From Octopus sinensis (Eukaryota), in the NCBI RefSeq assembly GCF_006345805.1, contig NC_043008.1:29760001-29824000 (forward strand): a stretch of 64,000 nt of DNA. The letters run 5' to 3'. Made by a program: the position numbers and the translations under genes. Below are positions 27,011-40,955 of the stretch, piece by piece; position 1 is the first letter of the stretch; every line of letters begins with the position of its first letter. Below the pieces are notes generated by a model. It searched no databases. It was not told the origin of the DNA and worked only from the letters and a program-made list of their open reading frames with translations.

Positions 27011-28354
27011 GTAAACATTGTAAATAATGTAAATAATGTACATAATTTCTCATCTCTTAAATATAAAACTGTTTCATATTTTAGCTCCGTTTGTAACAGG
27101 GAAAACATTTTCAACGCACATGTGTCTCTGAACAGATTCATTAAGGAATAAGGAATCAATATTTAAATATTTGTTTCCAAGATATTATTTCCATTGCAGT
27201 CATTAAGTCCACATCATCAATTTTGCACAGAAATAATTGCTGAAACATTAAATTCAATTCTCTAAATAATAATTTCTCCGACCATACAAGCATAATTATA
27301 ATTCTTTTATCATAATATTTCAATATTGTACATAGAATTAGTTCATCTGTATTAACTGAAAATAATTGATGATGCGAATATCTGTTGCTAAACTACCATA
27401 ATATCTCAACCTTCAGCCAAATAATATCAAGAAACAACACTTTAAATCATTAAATAGTGTCTCATTGATAGAACACGTGGTGATGTTTCATTTGATATCT
27501 GTCTATCTATCTATCTACCTATCTATCAATCTATCTATCTAGTTGCTTATCAAATTATTGTATCCGTCCATATTATTATTTTGCTCAAGTTTCTACATGA
27601 GGCGTCAAACCTGCTAGCGTCAAAATTGTTTTAGGTCAATCAGGTGTCAAAATATAACACAACAGGCCTGGACATATGAATAGAAGTATATTTAAGGAGT
27701 CGAACGCAAAGCCATGCAACCCCCGTTAAGAAAAATCTGCGCCATGAATTTTAATCTTCCAGTTATGTAGAGCCACAATCCATAGTAATCTTATTGGATG
27801 ATGCTGGTTATGTGCCTAATTTATGAGAGACTTCTTTAAGCAGAAAAGTCATTGAACATCCAGAAACTAACATACCGTCATTTCACAGATCCATATGCAT
27901 TAGTTGGTAGGGAAGCAGGATCGCCACTTATTGCACTTCATACATTTGTGTGCTCTCACATGTAAACACGCGTATATGTCACATAGTAAGTGATTACGAA
28001 TATGTGTGTGAAACGAGCTGATTTCAGGATTGAATAAACATATGTGTATATATCTTTGCGTGATAAGAGTCAATTTATTATAAAGTATGGACATATGTTC
28101 TGTTAAGTTTTCCTTGCTTATAAAATATACTACATCTTTGTGATTGACCGACAGATTATAAAAATATACTCTAGCATGTGGTCTACAGCATACTCAAGCA
28201 AGATACAGACGCTGGTTTTAAGAATGATGCTTTGACATGAAGTGTACAAGCATCAAATACAGCCTTGCGATATCATGACTGATAAGGCAAAGAGAGAAAT
28301 TGTTATAGCATAACTAATAATATTTTCTAATAAAGGCGCAAGGTATGAAATTGT

Positions 28355-28532
28355 GGAGGTTGAGACTAGTCGATTTCATCGACCCCAGTGTTACGCTGAC
28401 GCTTAATTTATCGGCCCCAAAAGGAGGAATGGCTAAATCGACCTCTGTGGATTTGAAGTCACGACGTACAGACGGACAAAATACCGCTAAACATTCTGTC
28501 CGGCGTGCTAAGGATTCTGCCAGCTCGCCACG
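28355..28532 (-). mobile_element. Nin-like SINE, single decayed unit with tRNA-like head
   Basis: CGGCGTGCTAAGGATTCTGCCAGCTCGCC and GTCGATTTCATCGACCCCAGTG match the arrays at 13.2 and 32.6 kb. Confidence 0.8.
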
Positions 28533-28807
28533 ATACCTGCAATAACAAATAATATTAATACAATTGTTTCTTTAAACATGAAATAATCTCTAAATATAAG
28601 AAGCGACTAGATTCGCAGCAACCAAGATTTCAAGAAACTAAGCTGCCTTGAGATGCTATAGGTTTCAAGTAGGAGTATCGTTTTCTCATGTCCGTGCAAA
28701 CACACAACACGCATATATATATATATATATATATATATGTAGGTCCCGGGTTGATTCGGGGTTAACCACAGTAAATAAGGTACTCAATACATAGCAGAGT
28801 AAAATTA

Positions 28808-28957
28808 ATTTATTATATAGAAGGAGCTTCTACAGGACTAGAACTGTTTCATTCAAGAGAAATCTTCAGGAAGCTAGTTAACAAGCTTGTTAACTAGCTT
28901 CCTGAAGATTTCTCTTGAATGAAACAGTTCTAGTCCTGTAGAAGCTCCTTCTATATA

Positions 28958-28963
<6 letters not shown>
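28808..28963. repeat. Perfect 156-bp palindrome (78-bp arms, no spacer)
   Basis: Base-by-base check: 28808-28885 is the exact reverse complement of 28886-28963; centre ACAAG|CTTGT. Confidence 0.97.
28896..28946 (+). ncRNA. Type I hammerhead ribozyme motif with all three stems (mirror copy on minus strand at 28825-28875)
   Basis: AGCTTC-CTGAAGA-T-TTC-TCTT-GAA-T-GAA-ACAG-TTCTAGTC-CTGT-A-GAAGCT: stem I AGCTTC/GAAGCT, stem III ACAG/CTGT, GUA cleavage triplet; stem II opens with a non-canonical U.U pair. Confidence 0.7.
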
Positions 28964-29003
<40 letters not shown>

Positions 29004-29694
29004 CCGTGTGTGTATGAAATGTTTCACCAGAAAGGAGAATTATAATAGTCACTTAATGTAACTAGGATGTTAAAAAACACCTACATTTTCAGTAAAGGGA
29101 TTTGAGGAACAATGTATCTGTGCAATTTTTTTCTAAAGATATATATTAATAGAAGTGAATTGAAATGTTTCTAATGAAAAGATGGAAGAAAAAAACTTAA
29201 TGCGTGTACCTGTGTACTTGTGACAATATATATACGAGTTTCTTATCAGCGACACAAAACGGCAATTGATTCAAGTGTCATTTAGTGTCAATAAAATACA
29301 TATATTGGAAATTTTATTATTCCTGAGAGCGACTAGAGCATTCGAAACCAGTGTTCCGACGTAACCGCTCTACAATTAGTTACAAATTTTCGAAGAAGCC
29401 TAAATAAAGGGAAAAAAAAACACAATATACACCTAAATGTGATGTATACTAAATTTTCATTTAACGCTTTTCTGCAAGCATATTTCATTTACACATAGTT
29501 ACTGGCATATATGATGAAGCGTACATTTAGACAGTTCGATTGATCGTTAAGCATAGGAAATGTAGATATATTGATAGATATGCAGGGAGATGATAGATGG
29601 GTTGCATACAGACTGAAATATAAATACGTTTTCATAGATAAATATTTAACAGATTAATGTAAGCAGAGATGCAAACACATGGTGTACACACATA

Positions 29695-29703
29695 GATAGA
29701 TAA

Positions 29704-29793
<90 letters not shown>
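29695..29793. repeat. (GATA)n microsatellite
   Basis: Directly visible. Confidence 0.97.
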
Positions 29794-29795
<2 letters not shown>

Positions 29796-30217
29796 GGACT
29801 TTGTTAGATAAATGAGTAGGAAGAGACAGTATACAGTAGAGATGCTTTCATTAATATATGTGTGAGTAGGTGTGTGCAGCGGGAGATCGCGAGAGATTAA
29901 TAGAGATGAATTGCGAAGTGAAAGCGAATACCGAAGGTTATTTAAATATGAAAGTAAATGAAAGTATGTGAGGAAAGTAAAAAAAAAAATCATACAAACC
30001 TCCCAACAACATTATGCTAATGATATAATTAACTTACGCATTTACAAAATACGTACTTTCATACATGCATATTTATATTATTATTTGATTAAACACCACG
30101 CATCCATTTCCAAGTAAGTTCATATATATATACATAGATATATATATATGTGTGTGTGTCTGTCGGTGTGTGTGTGTTTGTGTGTGTGCGTGCGTGCGTG
30201 CGTGTGTGTATGTGTGT

Positions 30218-30261
<44 letters not shown>

Positions 30262-32642
30262 ACGATTTACTATTTCTGATGTTTTATACTCGGTTCTGAA
30301 TATTTCTACCCTTACGAAAACAATAACAAAGAAGATATCACGTTGGTGTTATGTAATTTTCGGTAAAGCATTATGGCCTGACACTAATGGGAGTTGTCTT
30401 TGATGACCTTTGATAACATTTGAGTACACATTTCCTGGCAAATCGTCTCTAATTACGTTTCTAATTTGTCGAGTAATAAAGAACTGCGGACTAGTCGTGG
30501 ATACAGCGTTGGTATTGATTTAGTTGCCTTCATACTACAATAAATAGGTGATCACATCACTGGAGAAAGATTTATAATATCCGTACCACTATCAAAGACT
30601 TAGAAGTCAATTTATAGAGCCTCGTGTGAACGAGTTCATAGTGTAAAAGGTTTCTTTTGAACTTATCAATCTATGTCTTTTGAAAGGAAAGAGCGGGTTT
30701 GCTAGTCTCGAAACATTGCCAACCTACTTCCGTACACATCTCTTAGTACCGCTATTTTAGCTATGAAACACACACAATAGATTGCTGTTGCGTGTAATCT
30801 AAGAAAGAAGAGGCACAAAATTTTCTTTCATTGAAAAAATATATATATGGTGAGGATTAAAGTTAATACGCTTCATTTAATAAAACACATATGATGTTGT
30901 TTCAGGAAAGAAAATAAAGAGGGAAAAAACAAATATCAACAAAACGAAATCATCAAAGTAATAGAGTTATTTTAATATTCACTTCTCCTATTTTGTTCAA
31001 ACATGGCTTGATGCAAGATCAGAACTTTTGCATGCATCACGTCACATTGATCGGAGAAAAATACAAGGAATACAAGCATGGAATATGTTGCTAAGTGAAA
31101 CCCAGTGATCTTAACCAAGGTTCAGTTATTGTGCCTATCAATAACCATTGATTACTGTTTGCTGATATGTATGTACGAGCGTTAAGGATCAAAGATGGTT
31201 AGGCTGATACAAAAAAGTCTTGGCCTCCCGCATGCAATTAATACGCTATCTTTTCAAGTGTTTTCTACAATGAGAGCAGAAATGTTCAATGCATATACTG
31301 AATCATATACGTCCGAAATTGTGTGCGTGCTTTAATGCCACGCGTCTTTTCTGGTTTATATTCGTATATATCCTGTAAATTTAAGTGTGTTTGTATGTAT
31401 GTGATTTCCATGTGCGTGTATATGTTCCTATACATGTGTCTCTGTATGTGCTTGTTTGTGTCTGTATTATTATGCAAGTAAACATGTATATTTGCATATC
31501 TCTTTCTATTTATTCTCAATTTCCTGTTGAATTTTCTGATATAATGAATACACAATATGTTATCTGAAATTTCGTGATATATATTTTTTTCACTTAATAT
31601 TTCGCCAATATAATCTTTGTTTACCTGGCACACAAGCTATCGCGGTTTCATATGTATATAACCAGGTTAGTCCACATTACTGCGTATAGAGCATAACGCC
31701 GGTTTCCTGATTGTTCTGACGTATACATTCCTCCTTGGACGTATTCTGAAACTTAGTCACGTTGTGTGTTCTTACAGACAGAGTATACAGACAGAAATAG
31801 TGCGATCCAAACGAACGATATTGACACTGGCACACATGCATAAACCCACGCACTCATATGAACGCTATTGTCATGCAAATACATGCCTACGAAATTACGA
31901 TAACTAACCGTGTGCGTCAACTAGTATGTGCATACGTCATAAGCGTGTGAATTCGTGTATGTGTTTGCCTGCAGGTGACAGTATTTATTGTTTGACTTCT
32001 TACATTTTCACCTGACGATTTAACAAGTTATTGCCGCTAAGGTGAATATCCATCTATTTATTCTATTATTTACATATTAATGAAATGTAAATAACTTGTA
32101 TAGTATGGGTGACGGTATGGTTCGAACGCAGTTGTTATCAAGTTTTCTTGGTTCATTACAGAAACAGGACAATATTGTAGATCTACGGGGTGAAGCAAAA
32201 AAGATTAGGAATAAGTGAGTGAAATAATGTAGACGAGTAACCGTAACTCAGCAGGAAAAGAATGTAATTAATGTACGAAAAGAAGTCAGAAATTGTATGA
32301 CGAAGGAAGAAGCTGAAGTTAATATACAATAATAAGAATTGTTAATCAAGAAAGCAAAATATGAATTATGGTAATAAGGATGAATAAATTGCACACGCCA
32401 TAATGTGAAAATAGATTAGAAGAAAAAAATGTGACCGAACAGAATAGTCAAGTTTTCTCACAAATTAATCAAGGGATTATGAAGCTACCGAATTAGGAGA
32501 TGTCTGTGGCTAACACTGTACTTTAAAATGGAACGTGTAATTATCACTGTTACTGCTAAAGGAATTATTTACTTTACGGGAAAATGCTTGTAACTACTGG
32601 GTAGTATTTGATTTTTTCATTCATATTATGATGCTTCATGTA

Positions 32643-33205
32643 AAGGCGGTGTTCTGGCAGAAACGTTAGCACGCCGGGTGAAATGCTTAGCGGTGCTTCG
32701 TCTACCGTTACGTTCTGAGTTCAAATTAGGCCGAGGTCGACTTTGCCTTTCATCCTTTCGGGGTCAATAAATTAAGTACCAGTTACGCAGTGGGGTCGAT
32801 ATAATCGACTTAATCCGTCTGTCTGTCCTAGTTTGTCTCCTCTGTGTTTAGCCCCTTGTGGGTAGTAAAGAAATAGGTATTTCGTCAGCCGCTACGTTCT
32901 GAGTTCAAATTCCGCCGAGGTCGACTTTGGCTTTCATCTTTTTGGGGTCGATTAAATAAGTAGCAGTTACGCATTGGGGTCGATATAATCGGCTTAATCT
33001 GTTTGTCTGTCCTTGTTCGTCCCCTCTAGACAAATAGATATTTCGTCAGCCGCTACTTTCTGAGTTCAAATTCCACCGCGCTCGACTTTGGTCTTCATCC
33101 TTTCGGGATTGATGAATTAAGTAGCAGTGGAAAACTGTGGTCGATGTATTCGACTAATATCCCGCACCCCACAGTTCAGGCCTTGTGCTATCAGTAGAAA
33201 GGGGT
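32643..33205 (+). mobile_element. Nin-like SINE with one head and three tandem B-box/body units
   Basis: Head AAGGCGG..TGGCAGAAACGTTAGC (A-box-like); GTTCAAATT B-boxes at 32719, 32903 and 33064, each followed by the GTCGACTTTG..TTCATC.TTT.GGG domain. Confidence 0.88.
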
Positions 33206-33886
33206 TATAATGATTCATGTAAAATTTCATTTTGTAAGATAGAGTCTATTCTTAACGGATTTGATCGGCATGGATTAAGATGATCAAAGCTTTATTGTTA
33301 CACACATAGCAGAAAACATAATTAGCTTCTGGCAGTCTTCGAATGCCGATAGATATTAAGGGAATTGTTATATAACCAGACACGCGCGAGCTTTTCTCAA
33401 TCTACGAAATAAAACTGTTTCCACTTTGATTGGGTTTTACAAAGATCTACCTAGATTAGGTTTTACAAAAATCTACGAGCATTTGATAATTAATTGAAAA
33501 TTATTGCTGCTCACAAGGGGACAAGTCTTAGAGACTTGTGAGGAATGACTATACTTATGATTGTTTAACAACTGCAGAGCTCGCTGGCAGAGACGCTATA
33601 GAATACAATAACACACAACGCGCTACATTGAAACTAATCGAGAAATTACAATATAATAAAGAATATGTATATTTTATGCACGTTGCCGTCCTCTACTTTA
33701 TTGCCCGGCACATTTGAACAACTTCTCCACTTCACGCTTTTTGAAATGTCCTGGAGATGAGTATATAACTCCGAAATATATAGATTTATAAGGCAAAATT
33801 GCAAAGGGTTTTGTTTCGTTTTTTTTCTTTTCCTGTCGTAGTTTACGTTACAACTTCTGGCATTGTTCCCTACTTACGCAGTTATA

Positions 33887-33926
<40 letters not shown>

Positions 33927-33929
<3 letters not shown>

Positions 33930-34614
33930 AGGGTAAAATTAATTAGTTATTGAGGGTAAAATTAATTAGTTATTAAGCAATTTCACCAAGTATTCAGTAT
34001 GTAAAAGGACCATTTAAGGCGAATTCAAAATATTACATTATATAATTAGGGCTTAGTAAAATAAATTACTTTGCCACATACTGAACTTTCTAGAAATAGC
34101 AGCCAAAAAAGCTTTTTAGCCATTTCCACTACTTAAAGAAAATTTCTCTCAGATAATGTTTACTCAAAATAACTCACGAAGGTATGGAGGTAAAAACTGA
34201 AAAATATCACAAGTACAAAGATTATTTGAGAACGTTAACGTTTCTAGATTAGCCAAATAAACTCAGCATTTCTTTCGTCAGCTCAACATTTCTTATTTTG
34301 GATTTGGAAGCACTAAAAAGAAAGAACATACCCTTTGGCGACTTATCACCTCAGATGACCCGTTCAGACTGCCAGTACCAACAAATTCAAAATGTGCAAG
34401 CGAAGATTTCCTACTCTCCCCTTCCACCCACGTGGGTTATCTAGCAAACATTATATTTTAACGGTGAGAACCGAGGCAATTTACCCTCAATTGTTGATAC
34501 TACAATTCACCTCTCTCCGTCACACTGCCTCGCTAATAGCTTTTTTGGCTGCTATTTCTAGAAAGTTCAGTATGTGGCAAAGTAATTTATTTTACTAAGC
34601 CCTAATTATATAAT
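33927..34614. mobile_element. Penelope-type terminal-repeat composite with a partial inverted duplication
   Basis: Perfect 77-bp inverted repeat 34037-34113 / 34538-34614; 24-bp tandem duplication of TTGAGGGTAAAATTAATTAGTTAT at the left end; inverted TTTACCCTCAAT near 34480; internal HHR motif. Confidence 0.6.
34226..34286 (-). ncRNA. Type I hammerhead motif with decayed stem II
   Basis: Minus strand: TTGAG-CTGACGA-(30 nt)-GAA-ACG-TTAA-CGT-T-CTCAA: stem I TTGAG/CTCAA, stem III ACG/CGT, GUU triplet. Confidence 0.6.
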
Positions 34615-35265
34615 ATATATATATAATATATATATATATATGGAGAGAGAGAGAGAGAGAGAGAGAGTGATTCTGATGAATATGGTACTTAAGTTAAAGG
34701 CACCAGAATTTAGTATGGTATTATCAATATAATTCAAATTGGGGGTGGTCATAATAAAAATAAGCAACAAGTATATCCAGGTAATGCAGTACGATCGTTT
34801 TATGTTTAACAATGAAAATATTATATCAATTTAAAATGTAGAGCAATCTTCAGCTACATAAAAAATTAGAATTTAGTTAAATTAGAAGGATTCATTTGTA
34901 TAGTTTTCTTATTATCCAAAATCACAAAGAGGATGAGTATACAGACAAAGAACATATTTAACAACAACATCACAGTGGTAACTGGGATTTTTTCAAAGGA
35001 AGACACTGCTTAGCATTGATTATATTTGTTATTCAGATTTACTAGTGGTGGGGGTGGGGTGAGTTTTAACTTATAGACTAGTTTATCAAGTCTAATAGAA
35101 ACTAGAATCTATCCGTTATGGATTGGGTAAAAAGACAGTTTAAGTGGCAGGGTCATAAATCAAGATTTCGTTCAAGTAAAACCATTTGGTTCAGTAAGAA
35201 TATACATCTACTTATCCTCTTTGTGATTTTGGATAATAACAAAACTATACAAATGAATCCTTCGA

Positions 35266-35770
<505 letters not shown>

Positions 35771-36837
35771 ATACATATATAAACGCCTGTTCTATACTGT
35801 ATACAATCGACAACACCTGGAAACATTATTCAGGCTAAATACAATTCTTATGAAGTTACTATGAATGTACTGTGTGTATAGACATATGAATATATGTACA
35901 GACATATTTTCCTACCTCTTAATTATGGAATAGCTTTGGCATCAATCCTTCTCAAAATATGCACCAAACATAAATTTGAAATTTATTATTCATGAAACTG
36001 TTTAATTGTTTTATTTTTAGTTATATCGTTCATAACATTTGATACAAGATGTGGAATATTAAACAGAAACATCAAAAGAACACTACAACTGCAAAAATTG
36101 TATTAACCCAATGCCAGTTACAAGCGCAAATATGCCAGTAGAGAAAATCTATAATTTCATACTTGATTTAATATCAAAGTTCCCTCTCTCCAGATAATAC
36201 ATAATGCACTCTTGAGTTCCTAATTCTGCTGTTTGTTGCAGAAATTTACAGATATTTCAGAGAAATATAAATTACTAATTTATCAGCCGGTCATTGTTAT
36301 AGAATGTGAAGGGTTTCAAATATGCTTCAAATATTGTGCTGGCTTTGTTTAAAAAAATTAGCCACTTGCTTTAATTTTTGAATTAGATAAAATACACTTT
36401 CGTTACTCGACTTAGAAACATCATTTACACAATGTTTATTTTGCTGCTGGTTTCTTCAAATTACCCCCAAGGATTCATAATATCGATCGAGAGTCGGTGA
36501 CTCTTTAAAGAATATCGCTCGTAAACCTAAACTTTGGTTAACATTTTCGTTGAAATTGTATATGTAGTGTGTTACACCACCGAAAATTTGCTATTTCTGT
36601 ACAAGTGAAGAAATAATTTCATTGAGCCGTAGCTACATATTTCTGGCGAAAATAGATTTTCTTTAATCTGATCCGTTTTACATGTTCATCTTCAAACGTA
36701 CGAATATCAAAAGCTACACTTTATGTAAATATGCTTTCTTATATAATATTTATATCTTCATAAGTCTTGAAAGTTTTTTGAGGATATTTCACTTCGTGTT
36801 TTTTTATATATACTCACCCACATGCACAGACACACGC

Positions 36838-36868
<31 letters not shown>

Positions 36869-37965
36869 GACATTGCTCAGAATCATTATCAACAAAATCA
36901 CATGAAAAACATTTCAACATAAATTTACTGAAAAACTAAAGCGACCGAATTATCATCACTTCTAACTAGAGAAGAACGTGTGTCTCGTCTCAACTTCGTA
37001 TCCCTCCCTAAACACATGTTTATCAACCGCTCAAATTGGGAGAAGCAAATTAAACCTATTCCCGATGATCTCTACTCAGATAACTGAATGGATGAATGCG
37101 ATAGTAGTGACATTTTAGTTCTTAGTTCCAAAGCATAGAAAGTAAATTGGCCAGAAATTTGACCTACTTTGTTATTGTAAATACCGCTCAAATATAGATC
37201 CGCATCAAGCCTATACGCTTCAGTAGAAATGTTGAGAATGTTAGCGATCACAATATAAAACCATTATAAATTGAAAGCATGCCCTCCTGTTTCAGGAGGA
37301 TTCGTAATCGATGTAACAGGGAGTAACCTGCTTTTCTATGTATTCCAAGAGCGCCTTATGTTTATCCTGGCCACCTTCAAAACCCTTACTAACCCGCCCA
37401 TTTTTGCATTGCACAGTGAGGAAGTTGTAGCTATCTCGTGCTATATAAATGGACGCATTATAAATATGTAGGATGTATGACGAATATGAGTTTTTTTAAA
37501 GATTTTAACCTAACTATAAGAGCTAACCCGATATAACAATATCCAATATCCTACAAGCTACATTTGGCCTCAGTAAATGAAAGCCGACACTACTTCAACA
37601 GAAAATAGTCGAGGAAACATTTTCATGTTCAAGGATCCAAGTACTCTCTAACCTAATCACAGTAATAAGCAGAAGAATCGCCAATCTTTCATACGATGTA
37701 GATGTTCAAAAGAATGCACACCACTGCAACCAGTTGCTACTGAATTTCAGCTTTACTGATAATTCAGTGTATATGGAGTATCTCACATTTCCACCCCAAG
37801 CTTGAATAGATGGAGAAATACATAAATAAACTGATTAAAACACTAATATCACTACACCTTTTCTGACGCTAAGCCATCAGCATTTTCTATGACCCTCATA
37901 AATTTAGCAAGCCTTTCATCATTTCAATAGCATCAAGAAAGCTACTCTTTAGCTGTACACACACA

Positions 37966-38060
<95 letters not shown>

Positions 38061-38259
38061 CACATATATATATATACAAACATACAGTCTCCCCTATGCC
38101 TCGCAATCTGTAATTACCAAAATATAACTGCACTTTCAGTGAGAGAATCTTACCTCTGTAGGGCTGTAATCGATAGAGCTGCATACAATACAATGGCATC
38201 ATGCGACATCACAAGGGGATCAAAATCGATATTACAAATTTAAGAGTTGTGCAACATAC

Positions 38260-38432
38260 TTTCTGGTCCAGAGATATGGAAAACTCCACCAACCTTACAG
38301 CTTTCATCTGAAGACACTGAGATCATGAAAGCGACTTCATCAACGATATTTAGATATACTTCACATGGTTTCTCCTTACTGACTATGCAGTTCATAGCTG
38401 CTAAATTTGTATCCACGAGACATTTGTCATAT
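38260..38432 (-). CDS. Candidate internal coding exon of an unidentified gene (alternative longer form ends at 38154)
   Basis: Acceptor GATTTCCTTATATATAG|, donor GAAA|GTATGT, 173 nt: YDKCLVDTNLAAMNCIVSKEKPCEVYLNIVDEVAFMISVSSDESCKVGGVFHISGPE; second donor CAGAG|GTAAGA at 38154. Confidence 0.35.
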
Positions 38433-40199
38433 CTATATATAAGGAAATCCCTTTACACTATCACTGTCCAGGAAGATAAGCAACTGTGAATAAGCTTCAA
38501 ACCATTGACCACTGATAACCTAGCTGAACGATACACAATACCACACTATGTACAAAAACTATCACTAAACAGCATTCTGTAACCCTTCAGCCCTCCAGAT
38601 TATGCAAGTTCACGTAACCTGACACCAACAAATTTGTTATCTCTCCGCGCAGAGACAGTTACCTCTGAAAAGCCTTAATGAATGCTAACAAACTACTGTA
38701 CAAATGAGATCATATACCTGTCTGCTCTACCAATGAACTAATACACCTACCTTGCTATCGGCCAGCGTAATCCCTGATAGAAAACATTTTAAATTACTTT
38801 TATGAAATATTCATTTTTTAAAGACTTTTCGTCTGATGACGGGGTCACTTTCTGTGACCATGAATCCTTAAGTGATGTGAATGTAACTAAACCTAGTTCC
38901 AACGGGAAACATAAGCAAGGTGGTCACAACACAACATTTACTTTCAGTAGACACAAAAATTTAATGTTATTTGTCATAGATCCTCCCGGATAATTGTGTT
39001 TTTAGACTTCCTTCAAAGCTAACAGCACCTAATCGACAGTTATGCAGCTAGTAACAGATTATGGATATTTGCTAGCGATAAATAGTTCAGAGTAGTATGC
39101 ATATCAATACTCACTTTGGAAATGTAGACATGTCATATAATATAAAGTATGTTGCGCGATTAGAAATTTAGATTATACGCCGTTTCAAGCAAAGTTAAAA
39201 TTGTTGTACAAGTTTTAGTGTACTGTTTAAGCGTTTATGCAACAGAGAACACGCAGTTCAAATGCAGAATAGGAGACAAAACTAAGTAAATTAAGAGTGC
39301 ATAACATTCATCATTTACATAACATCTTGATTACTTAAATTGAATAACTATATGAACTACAAAACATTATCTAAAAATTGACGTGTACAAATATCAGACT
39401 GTATTAATGGTGTTACAACAATTTCTGCTCGTTGAAATAACTTGTTTGTTTAAAATAAAAAGAAGTGAACATTATTTTATTACCTACTTGAATTCCCTTG
39501 TACACTTGATGCCTATTACAAAATTAAAGCAATAAAAAACCATTCATAATAGAAGAGAGACGCTTACTTCTAACGGAGATAATTTTTACATTCAGTTTAA
39601 TATTCATTATTTCCCTTTTTCTTTTATTTTCTTATTAGTTCTTGTCGCTGAAATTGGAGGAATAAAGTACCAGTGTCTAATGGAGAATAATCGTCTCCGT
39701 AATAATTGACTCCGTACAGGAATACGCACATACACATACACACACGTATACACACACGCGTGCGCACTCAAACACACACACGTATACACACCGACACGCG
39801 CACTCTCACGCACACACATAATTTCTGTTAAATATGTTGTTACATTTGTGACAAGGCGTTGTTGTTGACTTTCCCCCTTCTGAGAGGTTTATTACGTTAT
39901 GATTAATTGCTGAATCAAACTCCTCCATATAAGGTAAGACAGCTAAACAAAACAAAATAAAAACATTAGTATGTAAGACATCTATATTCTAGTAAATTCT
40001 CTGCAAAAATTAATGATTAATTAAATGAAAGAAAAACAAAAATATTATCAACTGATTTTTTGACTAGACGCAATACGAAATGGATGATGTCTGGCTATTA
40101 CTGCTACTTTCGGGTCTACCAAAAGACAGAATATTCAAGAAGACTAACGGCAAATCTCAAGTGTTTAAATGTGTTTAAAACAATTCCTGCAAACATGTG

Positions 40200-40955
40200 G
40201 AAAGTAGGGAACCAAATGTATATCCTCACATAGTTATTAAACAGTTGTTTGAAATTAGTTTGAACATGGATAATGTTGAACATATTCCGCTGTCAGAATG
40301 GGATAAGCAGAGAAAGAGCACACACGAAGACAAAAAGTGTCACAGATGTGTGACGAAAGATTTCCTGACAATGGGCATGAGTTAGAATAAGAAGAGTAAT
40401 AAGTGAGTGAAGAACGAATGTATAATGTGTGTTTATTATCATTCCAATCAGACAGGAATAGAATTCAAAGAGCTTGTGACAAAGCAAACAGGGTGAACAC
40501 GTGGTACAAAACCGTCAAATATCAAGGAGTGACGCTTGTAGACGCCACAGTTCATGGAGAACTAGGCCGCAGATTTACGAAAGCTCTGAAGGAGACCAAA
40601 CTCAACATTAAGATCATTGAAAACCAGGGAACTCCATCAGATCACAACCATCACAGCTATTTATTTGAGAATGCCTTGTGCACCAATGATAAGAAGGTGT
40701 TTGTAAAGACAAGAACATGACATACATAGAAGATACATCTAGGAGCATTGCAGAAACACTAAATGTACATTTGAGACTATATGACGACAAAAAGCAGTCC
40801 TCTATACTCTACCAGCATGCCGAGGGCCAACATGAAGGCAACCTGGGTTAACTTGACATCCGCATTTTATACAAGCACGCGAAGAACACAACACTCAGAA
40901 AGATACAGGAGTATGTCCTCATAAATGAAACATCCAAAATATATATTAAATAGAA
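40200..40955 (+). pseudogene. Penelope-like element relic: RT C-terminus/linker plus GIY-YIG endonuclease
   Basis: ORF 40403-40720 has NTWYKTVKYQGVTLVDATVHGELGRRFTKALKETKLNIKIIENQG; after a frameshift TYIEDTSRSIAETLNVHLRLYDDKKQSSILYQHAEGQH..TLRKIQEYVLINE (YIGETSRS-type GIY-YIG). Confidence 0.8.
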
